Source: Phoronis australis
Taxonomy: Eukaryota; Animalia; Phoronida
Direction: 5' to 3'
NCBI GenBank assembly: GCA_002633005.1
Contig: NMRA01000070.1
Location: 876,369-940,368, forward strand
Length of the DNA: 64,000 bases
Shown here: in pieces, positions 35,851 through 48,000 of the stretch
Layout: the number at the start of each line of letters is the position of its first letter
Position numbering within the stretch: position 1 is the stretch's first letter
Position numbers and translations under genes: made by a program
The notes under the pieces: generated by a model
Told to the model about the DNA's origin: nothing
The model's database searches: none
Seen by the model: the letters and a program-made list of their open reading frames with translations, nothing else

Positions 35851-37797
35851 TAAAGAACGCGGACTCTGAAAAATATCAATATACATAAAAAGACAGTATG
35901 ATATTTTGAGCACCGTTTGCCTAGTTGTCACAGTCAACATTCCAGGCCCAAAAAACAGAACAGTTAAATTGAAAATCGGGACTTTAAGACAAAAATCGGG
36001 ATACCTAGTTCTAAGCCATAAACGTGATGGTGGAATGTTCGCTCCAACACACAGACTTACACATGTACTGGCAACTTTTTTGTCGACTCAGAGACGTAAC
36101 ACCCAAAAATCCTCGACAGCATTTTTGTAGTTTAATGGGAAGTTGCAGGTGTCGCAAAACCCATGGAATCGTGACTTTCTTTTAGTCGAGCGGGAAAACA
36201 TGGCTATGTTGCGTGCAAAATTATATGTTAATTTAAATGGTGTGGCTGGATGTCAGAAAAAACACAAAAGTGGGAAAGTCCGCCAAACGCGGGACAATTG
36301 GCAAATGCACTATACCCTGTCAGTAACACGAAGTACTGGATTGAGTTCTTTTACACGATAAACTTTTCATTTTTTAAAGTTTTATGTCATTAGTATGGGT
36401 AAAAACTAGAGTAGGTCTATTTCTAACTGAGAAGTCGGGCCTAAATTTTTCATTGAGGCTAGTTCTCTTTAATAATGATTTCACAGCCGAAAATGTCTCG
36501 GCATATAGGTTGTCAAAAGTGGTTTTACTACTGGAACTGGACAGATGTCAGAAGCCAAACTACACCCGGCATCCACCCAGGGCCACAGGTCGGTGGTTAC
36601 AAAAAATGGCCAATGTAGATGTATTTGTCGGATGTGTTGACTAACTTTGCCAAAAATCGCTGATTTTATAGGTCTGTACCTCAAGACTCTCGCTTGATGA
36701 ACAATAATAACAAAATGAAAATGGAATGAGTTTAGGCTTGATTTGACTGGTAGCGAGAGTTTTGCGCTGTGAATTTCCGATTGTCAGCTCAACTAAGGTT
36801 TGATCTACTGCTGAAGTTTTCAAATCGATCCTAGTTTCATTACTTCTCCTTGGTTTTGTGATTCTTTTACAAGAAAGACTCTTGAGGTTCCAGACAGCAA
36901 GTTATAAGTTGCAAATTTAACCAACAAACGCACCTATCACATTATTCATTCTTTTTAAGCACCGACCTGTGGCCCTTGCTTGATGCCAGGAGTAGTCCGC
37001 CTCCGATATCTTTTCAACTCCGCTCTTAGGGTAATTTCCGACAAAATAGCAAACTGCATGTAAGACTTTTTTCAACAAGACATTTTTGGGCATTGGAAGC
37101 AAACTGCAGTATTCTACGAAGAGAAGTGACATTTGATTTTTGTGTGTTTTTTCTGCAGTTATCAATCGAAAGTGTAAGCCCCACTAACAGGCGTTCATGT
37201 ATCTACGTAAATTTCAAAAGAATATTTGTCTTCTTATATGCTCAGCGAAGTGTGTGCGTGCGTTTTTACCTGATGCACAGGTGTATTGTTTATTATGCTT
37301 TATGTAGTTTGAACCTACACCCGTAAAAATCCACAATACATGTACTTTGAGTGATTACCGAAAGCCTACATGTACATTGCACTTACCAATTGTTCCACTC
37401 TCATTTTGATGTCTTCCCAGCATCCCGACGCACCATTAAAATGTCCCGCTTTTTGACAAACGGCGAAATTGAAGTATTACCGTATACTTTTTGATTTCCC
37501 ACAAGATATCAGCCCTATTTTCCCTTTCTGCTAAAGAAAAAAAACGGAGCATTTGATGAGTTTTTGCGACACACCCGCAACTTCACATTCGTCTAAAAAA
37601 CAAAACAAAAAAAAAATACACCGCCGGGCTCTTTAAGTTGTTGTAGCAACTTTTTCACACCTTCGTTCTGGGATAAAACCAGATGTCCCACGTTTTATCC
37701 GAACGTAACGTTTTCAATGCAGCTGTCTCTTTTTCATCCTCAAAAGCCATGTAACAGGCATTCAAAAATAGTTATTTTTGAGAGCCCAATTTCTTAA
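35851..37797. mobile_element. ~1.9-kb degenerate fold-back element
   Basis: Inverted matches at several points: 35851-35876 vs 37771-37797; gaagttgcaggtgtcgcaaaa (~36140) vs tttttgcgacacacccgcaacttc (~37561); agggccacaggtcggtg (~36579) vs caccgacctgtggccct (~36960). Confidence 0.6.
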
Positions 37798-39424
37798 GGA
37801 TTAAAGTTCAACTTATGTGCCAAGATACATGTGTACATGTAGCTAACCCAATGTTCAGGTCCACCGTAGGACTCTTCATCACTTGGTGCACCGCCCGCCA
37901 AGACCGTGGTTGTGCAAGATGATACAACAGGCTCCACGGCAGATCGCGCATGTTAGAAGAATCGACTAGTGACGACCTGAAAAGAAAAACGAAAACATTG
38001 GAGCAGCGTGAATTCATGAAGGACGTAAACCAGGCAATTCCAGAACCATTCTACTTTATATATACTTAATTTTCCACTTCTTTCTTAATATGCACTGTAT
38101 ACTCAACCAATTACAATTCATCTATGTCGAAGTTTTCATTTCATTGCGTCATATACATGTATTCGCTACAGTTACGGGCATTAGTTCTTCCTACAGGTCT
38201 CTGCTGATGGACGTCACAAACGTCTGCTAAAATCTAAATTATGAACAGTCGCGAGTTTATTAAAGTCTCATTATAAGTACAGAAATGTTACTGGAGAATA
38301 ACAGTGACTATCTGAAGAGGGCAACACATAAAAAAATAAAATATGGAAACACCAAACAAAAATCAAAACAACACTTACCTGTTGCAATAACACCTTAAAC
38401 GCGAACGTACTGACCGACTTGCATGAACGGATTGTAAGTTTAACATGTTAGTAGAGCAAACTGTATCAATGAAATTTTCAAGGTTTACAGGTTTAAGAAG
38501 ATCCACCGTAGATTTCCGTAGTCCAGCAGAATACGTGCCCAGTTTGCGTATCTTAAACTTTTTCCCAAAAATATACCTGGGATGCATATCTGAGAACAAA
38601 AGTGCATGTTTGAAATCTAAAAATAATGCTATTCTCACTAGGATATACATGTACGTGTATTTAGGGCGAGCTACAGTATGACGATTGAACGGGATAAAGT
38701 ACTTGTGTTCGTGTATTCGGCATTGCCGAGTATAGGCCCTAGTGTGTTTTTACATCCGACGTTTGCTTTCCCGAACTTATATACGGAAATCGCTGGTAAT
38801 ACTTCCCAAAATTATTTACCCTTGCTGCAGGTAACACATCACCTCGGTTATAATTAGCAATGTAACAGTCATCTCTTTCGATTCAAACACAATTAAATAC
38901 ACTTGCAGCTGAAATGCTCTTACAACTATCTTAAGTAATACAAGCAGCATGGTCTGTAGTTTAAGATCACGTTTCTTTTTGTCTCAAAACTATCAACTAA
39001 AGGCTGTGACATGGACAAAAAGACAAGGTCCTGTGGAAAGTAGATATGGAACTCCGGGTCGGAAATACCAATCCGGTTCCAAGACCGTTGCATCGGACTG
39101 CAGGTCCTGTATTCTTGTTAGCCTACCCCTAGGACCACAAGAAGCAACGACTACCAAATCTGATTCAACTGACTTGTCTTTCTTCAAAACTGGTGGAGGA
39201 TTTTCTTAGTCTCCGCAGACAGAGAGTGCCACAGGTTCCCGGTGTCCTTTTCCGGATTCATCTTAATCTCGGGACACCATGGAGTCCAGGGTGTTGTATC
39301 TCAGACGGTACAAGGCGCGAATTAAGAACCACAAATACACAGACCAGTGGATGAGCAAGCAAAACTGGGTCGCTGCAAGTTTAATCTTTCATAGGCCCAC
39401 ATAGGGGGAAAGCTTGTAAAGCTA

Positions 39425-40400
39425 GGAAGTCGCTAAAAAGCAAGAATTCATGAGATTACGTGATATACTGTGGTGTATTTGATTGAAAACACGTGATTTT
39501 GGCTAGATTTTTCTAGTCCCAAGACAGCTACTGAACTCTACGTAGCCTGCGTCCAGAGGCACAAGAGTGAGAATCTCACGAGAGCGCAAAACTGAAGACT
39601 TCGAGAGGTATGGTCAGGTATTGCAAGCGAAGCACACGATCACATTATCTAGCTTAGCGATCTCCTTGCACCTGCGATGCACATCGGAGAGCAACAGGGA
39701 ATTTGTAAGGGTAGTGAAGCGTGGCTACGTGGATGAACATTAGTTTTTGATATGTGTTATAGTACAGACCAAAGTATTTTGCAGGCCAATGGACAATTAC
39801 ATCACATAAGACAAGGATGTAATGTCTCTGTAACAATTGCATGTGCGTCGCGCGCCATTTGTGCTGGGCTTTGTACTGCTAAACACGCAAGGCCGTTCTT
39901 ACGCGAATGAGCACTACCAAGAAAACATTAGCAACTGCACTGAAAAACGACTAGACGTTCGAACTGCATACAGATTTTTAATGAAGTATTTTCGTTTCAA
40001 CCCAAAAATTGCGTTGTCAGAAGCACAGAATTACTCGTATGTTGTATGACGTCATTGGAGACTCATTCCTTGCCAACTGTCCCATTTAACATTATTAAGC
40101 AAGCCCAGAACGGCTCCACGAAGTTTTCAATCATTGGGCGGGATGCAGGTAAATGGCAGCAAAACTATTGTCCGACTATAGTTATTCGACTCAAGAGGTA
40201 GAACCATAAAACGCAACCTTGGTCGGGCTCAAGCGGTGTGCGACTTAATTATGTTTGCTTTGTAACCAGGCGTGCGTTCAATAGACGCTAGGACCTACGC
40301 TAGGACCTAGCTAAAATCTAGTCAAAGCCACGCGTTCTCATTTAAAATACATGACAATATCTCACGTAATCTCGCGAAGTCTTGCTTTTTAGCGAAGTCC
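39425..40400. mobile_element. Non-autonomous DNA transposon with ~100-bp imperfect TIRs
   Basis: cgctaaaaagcaaga.ttc..gagattacgtga.ata... at 39431 pairs with ...atctcacgtaatctcgcgaagtcttgctttttagcg ending at 40394; pairing continues to ctagatttt / aaaatctag. Confidence 0.72.
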
Positions 40401-42022
40401 TTGCGTTACTGAACGGGAGGCAGCTTTACTTTGGCTCCGTCTCATTCGGCTGCTGGTGTTCACTATCTGCACAACTTTAAACGCGCGAGATCCGACGGAC
40501 AGACTTGGCTGTATGGTGTATGGGGGTCTAAACAAAAATTATTTCTCATCGCGTCAAGGATAAAATCCGGACACGTCCTCTGGAGATTTTTGCCACTGAC
40601 AAGGGCATTTGCAAGGCCAGGACTTCTAAAAATAGAAAGTTTCGTATATACGCATGTTGATGTCAGGCGTAAAACTTCAATGTCACAGTCCGAAGTCGAA
40701 CAGCACGGTCTAATTAAACCAGAGCACATGTCACGCTACAACTAAAAGTTGCAGCCTTCGGTGCATTCCCCATTTGTATTTCATCAAAAATTTTCGTCAT
40801 GCGGGACTCGGTGGTTTTTTTCATAGATAAAGCGCCAAACACAAGCTTAACGCAAGACAACCGAGTAACGGTCGTGACATCGTCAAGACAGGGTTAAAAT
40901 TACAGAGCCCGTTATACCGATTCTCGGATTCAAGCCTTAAAGAGTAGTAATTATCCTTGAACACTTTAGTGACACGAGGATTGAGTCGATGCGAAGTTGG
41001 CGTTTCTAAAATATTCTTTGTCCGAAAGTCACGGGACAGAAATCCGATGTTTATGACATTGCCCGAAATTCGAGGATCATTGAAAAACAGTTTTTTACCT
41101 TGTACGATTTTCGTGGACTATGAAAAACTCATTTCAGGAATACTTATTCTTGTCCCAAAATGGCGGGCCGAAATTCGCGCGAGTTCACCGTAAACCAAAC
41201 GAATGAGAGGAAAATTCTTGTTCAGTGTGTTAGCTCTAACGCAGTCAAAACCCCTTTATGCGGCGTTTAGAAAACCACAAACGGTCTTAACAGTCATATT
41301 TCCCCTCTTTTTGGGTTATTATTTATAACAACAAACCAAATCGCCGGCCTTCTTGTGAGCTCAGGTTTTAACATACATGTACTGACGTCATGCAGTGACT
41401 ACGGAAAAGTGAAAACGTCGAATCTGTAAGTGTGTAAATTCTTTCGAAGTACTTGATTTCCGTACTTTTATATTCGCCGTAATAATTATGCATTCATTCG
41501 TTTGCAGTTTCGATGCGTGTGGGTTAATGTTTGTCGTACAATTCGAGTGTGATGCGTGTGACACTTGATTCTACACTGTCACTGTGCACCGTCTTCCAAC
41601 CATGCAATTCGCTTGGAAAACGGCGGACTTGCAAAATGTTTAAATGACAGAATATGTTTCATAGCAAGTACACACACTGGAACACAAACACGTGCAAACA
41701 ACTCTCACGCATGCGCGGCGTAACCACAGCAGCCGCAAGATGGGAGTTGACATTCCAGAGGGCGTCAGCAAGCTACTGTACATAACCTCTCTCTGCATTA
41801 TTACACGTAAACATGTACAAATCCACGTTAGAACACAGCTGCTAATCAAACAAACCACAAACGGTCATAACCCAGTTTATTTGAAAGTGGCCCCTGCAGG
41901 GCCTAACCACTGCACTGTAAAAATGCAGTGGCAATGAAACATTACTATTGAAAGCCAATTGGTTTCTTGTAAGGATATATATTAGCCTAACTTCTATTCC
42001 ACTATACATGTAGATACTGGAG

Positions 42023-45000
42023 TCAACAAATTCGATGCGAGGGTTGCTTCGTGTGATTTCTTGGTTCCCATTGTTCCCGAGCAATATCGTTCCAGGTGAG
42101 TGACATGTTGTTGGGGGTTGAATAGCTTCCAATTGTTTTCACGGTCCAGGACGCCGAGCCCTTCTGGTCATATGAACGTCCCCTTTGATCAAAACACGAA
42201 AGAGGGCTACGTGGCGGATTTGATGCACTGTTTTGGTGACGACAGAAGTAATGGCGGTATCTTTCTCGTCGTCGAGTTTTAGATACGTCAAGAATCTCGT
42301 TGAGCTTAGTTGGCTCTTTAAAATTTCTTACATCAATATCTACCCCCGGGAGTTCCTCATCTAAAGTGCTGCATTGCAGTTGTCTGTCTTGATATTCGAA
42401 CGCTTTCCCGTGCAATGTTCGGACATGATCTCGTTGAATGCAAGTATGCCCAACATTTCCACATGGTTTAAAGTGAGGACTGTAATAATACTCATGCGAA
42501 CCCTTTACGAAGTCATTACATCTCTGACAGTCTCTATGGTATGCCAAATTAGGAATATCTAGCATATAATCCTTTTCCGGACCCAGTATTCGCTCTTGCT
42601 GCTCAGGTGTTAACATGTGAGTCGTTTTATCGGAATGAGCACCATCTCTGTTTCTAGTCTTTTCACTGTTGCATTCATCATCATAATGAACAGATTTCTT
42701 CTGACGTGGCATCCTGGATGGGCAGTTTGTCATCGTGTCATTGATTTTGTTCCGAGAGTCTTCAGAATTTTTAGTCCCGTCAGAAATTCCCAGCCATTTC
42801 CAGTTGCTTTCCTCTGTCGAGGCCACTAACGATGACAGAGAATAACCTTCGGTAAAATTATCACGTAAAGGCGTATGAGAAACGCGTTTGTCACGTGTAT
42901 CAGTCAGTGGCGAGCTTTCACTTGAGCTGCTACATCCCGCCATTTTTCTTTTGTTTTTCCTATAGTCAGACGATCGAGCACTTGTATTTCTATTTCTACT
43001 TTTTTGTCTCTCCTGCGATTGGCGTTTCCTTTCTTTGCTTGACTTTCTGGGCTTCGTGTTAACACTAACATTACTTTGTTTAGCATAACTATGTTGATTT
43101 TCATGTTGCCCATTTGGAGATGAGTGGCGCTCCGTTGAATAAACAATCTGTTTTTCATCGTCTTCCTGCTGCCGTAAGAGTTGCTTTTCAAAAATGTCAA
43201 CATTTAGGGACTGTGTCAATATTTGGCTATCTAATGTTTGTTTACGAAAGTGATTTATCATTTGTGCCACATTGTCTGCATTTTGGAACTCTTGCTTAAG
43301 CGATTCTCTACGCTCCTGGACCTTTTCCTCGTTGACACCTCTCCTGTCGAGAGCCGTGTTAATCTTTTTAATTTTTTCTTCAAATGACAGCATTCTATCG
43401 CTACTGTTGCTTGATACACTACGTGTGCTATGCGCGTTATTTATATTGATGCCGTCTTGACTCACACTGTGGCACGATCCTTTATCGGGCTTTAATGCTC
43501 GAGCACTGGACAAAGATTCTTTGACAATTATGTCCACTAAATGGGATGCAGTTTCTTCAATGCCATGATGTGTCCGAGTTTTTGGCCCGGCTACCTGACC
43601 TCTCATATTTCCGCTTTCGCCCGTTGTCCATTCATCTGAGACACCAATATCCTCTCTCATTGTAGCAAAGGAAATTTGCTTTTTCAACGACTTCGATGGA
43701 GACGATGTGATATTTTGAGCGCTATCTCCTGTCTTTAGAGCTGAGTGTGTCTTCCTCACTTCATTTTGAAACTTTGAACTAGATTGTTGAGCTATAGATT
43801 TGTAACCGCTATCACTTTCCTCACTTTTTGGCTCTAGCGGTGGTTTGGGTGAAGATATATCAGTGGAATGTTGTTTCAGATCACAACGCAGAACGCTCTC
43901 AAGAACCGCCTTTACCAGCGTCTGTGCAATGATATTCGGCAAATCCTCTTGGCTTTTTTTCCACGTGCGTTCAGAAAAGAATTCCTTCAGCTTTTTTTGC
44001 CACTCACAGCAGAGTTTGTGCGCAGCGTCGTCTTTGGGAAAGCATTTGCAATGTCCCTGAATACTATTTAAGTAATCATCTAATATCTTATTTGCCTCAC
44101 GTGCGTCAAAGTGTTTCAGACTACCAGGGCTGCAAGTGGCGTCCAGGAATTCGGTGTCTGGTTCTGTTTTAAGCTTAGTGTCATTTTGAGCACCAGAAAA
44201 CGGTGTCATTGTTTCCTTTAGTCGTTTCTGGAACATGTCGGATTCATGGAGCAGTTCTTCTGTGGCTGTTAGCTTTTTGTCCACTAGCTTTCGTGCTAAG
44301 TGCAGGCAAGGGCAGGATGTTTCAGGAGTTGGGCACAGAGAAGGCGTGTGGGTAGTGGTGATGTCAAAGGTCATGCACTCACAGGTTACACTAAATTTCG
44401 CAGGACTTTGGACAGGAGTAAACTTCAATTGTAGATTTGTAGTATTCAAAAACTTCATAGGAGAGATATAGGTATTGTCGTACTGTACTGGTCCTATGTT
44501 TGTCAGAAAGTCATTGCTTTGTGCTGTTGTCGTAACATTGTTCAGCAAAGTCTCAAATTTAGCTTGGTTAGCTTGACTTGTTATTTTAAGCTCTTCAAGA
44601 AAATGTTCAGCATCTTGTGTGAGTTGCTTAGCAGTTTCTGCATCCCTTGAAATTTTGTTCCACAGACCATTGTCAACCCCAAGGCTACCATCGCCGACCT
44701 GGGTCATGATCTTTCCGGAAAGCGTCCCATGCATAATATCGGCTTCATCATTAGATTCTAGATTTTCTTTCTTAATTTGAATCGAGGGCTCACATATATG
44801 CGCCTGTTCTGTTGATCTCGTGTCCGAAACGTCACCAGTAAACGAAGATGAATCGATTTTTTCTGGAGCCGACCATGGCGTACTTTCACCACTCGTTTTC
44901 TTCCGCTGCTTTGCCGTCGTGGATATAGCTCCAAAGTAAGGTATATCTTCGCATGCACTCGACCCTCTTTCATTGGATTTTGATTTCTTTACAGTCGCTG

Positions 45001-48000
45001 TGTTACTATGTATTTCTCCACCCTGTTGCTCCTGTTGGTCTGAAAATTTTACTTTTGTCTGTTGAGTTTGTATGCGAATTCGTTCTTGCATGTCAACGTT
45101 TTCCTGCAGTTCCACTATCCCGTAACGCTTCTGTTTCTCTTCCTTGTCACTCAAATCTTGGGGTTTCTTGAAAACCTGATCTTTCTGGTCATTCCTTGTG
45201 TCAGCGAAATGCTTCTGAGGCAAGTCTTCGTTGTCCGTGTAAAAATACCCTGGCGCATTTCGTGTCTGTTTACTTTGTAATGCGCTCGGACTTTCAGATT
45301 CAACTGCTTCTAGCTCTAACCACTTCTGATCTGAAATACTCGACTCGTCTGTTTCGACGGAGATTAGTTCGCTTTTGGCAATACTGTCGTCCCTGAACTG
45401 CCCGTTACTGGATGGCCAGNATTCGTTCTTGCATGTCAACGTTTTCCTGCAGTTCCACTACCCCGTAACGCTTCTGTTTCTCTGCCTTGTCACTCAAATC
45501 TTGGGGTTTCTTGAAAACCTGATCTTTGTGGTCATTCCTTGTGTCAGCGAAATGCTTCTGAGGCAAGTCTCCGTTGTCCGTGTAAAAATACCCTGGCGCA
45601 TTTCGTGTCTGTTTACTTTGTAATGCGCTCGGACTTTCAGATTCAACTGCTTCTAGATCTAACCACTTCTGATCTGAAATACTCGACTCGTCTGTTTCGA
45701 CGGAGATTAGTTCGCTTTTGGCAATACTGTCGTCCCTGAACTGCCCGTTACTGGATGGCCAGGTTGAGGGCATGGGTTTATCTTTCTCGAGAAGGAACAG
45801 GGTAAGGCTCACGTCTTCATGGAGTTCTTTCAGTTTATCATCTGTTTGTTGTCTCAACATATTTGTATTTTGCCCGTTATTCAAATTTTCCGATTTCATA
45901 CGTTTACCGGCTTTTTTACGGTTAATGTCAAATTCTGGGTCCATCGCGACTCCTGGGTTAATGAGTTGACTAAGTTCAAATGATCTATTCCTATCCGTGC
46001 TCTCGTCTCCTGCTTTGATCAGTTGTTTAGGTACCAACGCGCTTATTCCTTCTTTAGCCCGGTCTTGTTTTATAACCCGAATGGCGTCAGTTTCTGGCTG
46101 TATCCCTGGACTAGATTCTCTCAAGAAGGAATTCTTTATCTGAACTTTGCTGACTTTTGACGAAAGTGGCTCGAAGCTTCTTCGGAATTTATAGATCACA
46201 GTCCAGAGAACAATAAGCACAATTGAAATCGCAAACAAGGGACGGAAGCACTCCTAAAGCAGAGACCTTGTTAGTTAAAAGGGATGTCTAAGCAACTAGA
46301 TGCACGTACAGACCTACATGTACATATTTATACATATATATACATTCTAGCCACATCTAAAAATAATATGCGTGACTAAATGTGTATATAAAATATGTAC
46401 ATGTTATACGTTACATACTTTTACAATTATACATGATGACGTTTTCCCGTTCAATGACATTACCAGACGTAGAGGGTTGTGAGCGTGTGATAACATTTAA
46501 CTTCATGTTAACTGCCAAGCACAGTCTTTTGTCTGGGATGACAACAGACAGGCCAATTATATACCAGGCTTATTACAGACCACGTGTGAACACAGCCAAA
46601 CCTAGAACGAATTGGTACGTGCGCAAAGAACAGATTGTAGTAACGCCGGCTGTAGTTGGGCGATTTTGGCGATTTAATAACTAAACATGATCACCATTTA
46701 ACAAGGATTTTAGAAATGGTATTGGTTTATGTTCAAATATAATATATCTTAACATATACTTTTAACAGTACAGCCCTGTCAGGCTAAATATGATGTTATT
46801 GGAGATTAGAACAATTATCGAACAAAAGAGAGCTGGCCCTCCAACCATCACCGCCAGAATGGAGTTAATCAGTCGTGCAAGATAGTGGCTACAAGGGTCA
46901 TCTTCCCATCTTGTTGTTGGGTGTAGAATCGAACAAGTTAGGAGCAACGAGAAAACGCCGGAATGAATCTTTATGAAACTAGTTTAGATAAACATGAATT
47001 CCCGCATATTAAATTTCTAGATGTGGTTAGGATTGATTTGTTATAATGACAGTTTTGTCCGTCGCTACTCTGCCAAGCAATAACGATGGCGTAAACAAGG
47101 TTCAAATTATTTCTTGTTTTCTTAAAATGCATCTACGTGCATTCTAGATAACGAGGTTATATTAACTGGCATTATGGCAATTCAAATGATTGACCCCTAC
47201 GACTGGAAATAAAGTAGCAAAAATTCTTACAAAACAGAGAGAGGAGAACGACTTTTTTACAACGGTTGCTGCCTCGGGCTCCTTTTGGGTGGCTAGCATA
47301 ATAGTTGATATATCTTCAGGTGTGAACAACCATCCATTGACTGAACACAAAAACTTGTGAACATATCTGAAAGAAAAATCGCCGCCAAAGTCGAAAGTGC
47401 AACATTTGGAAAGAAAATAATACAACAATAATACATCTCAGATGCTTATTGCATCGTTCTAAAATCAACACGAAATAAAGGACAGCCATATTCCACTCCC
47501 TTTGTTGTTGAGATAAGCGACAATGGGGGACATGCACATTTGTTTTCGACGCTAGTATCGCTGGGAGCGCATTTCGGTCTGGATGCCATCTCCCCGTGTA
47601 TCTGCTATGGACAGTCAATATTTCTCGTTAGGTTATCGCAAATTACAGGTTGATGTGTTAATGCCAAGTGTCGTGTGCTGGTTTCACTAATTAATTATAA
47701 CGTTTGATACCTTAGGCACGCATATTGTTATGCTATTTTTAAGACTGGTTTATGGTTGAAACGTAGCGCCGTTGGCGAGTTGGCGAGTCAGTATTCAATA
47801 ACGTCTGCGAAGTTTGCACGGAGTTACAAGCCTATCCGACAAAACATCAACTTAAGGCCACTTCTCTTACGTGTCTTACTATGTGATATGCAGTGCTTTG
47901 CATTAATTTGGGACGTTTTTGGTCATTTGTTGTCACATTTTTAAACTGTTTGCTACTGTTTTTCGGAGCCATCTGATAACCGCATAATAAATGTAAGAAC

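Noticed and set aside
46762-46947. Hydrophobic 61-aa ORF as an extra exon of the large gene
   Set aside because: No convincing splice sites, and the flanking exons already join in phase without it.
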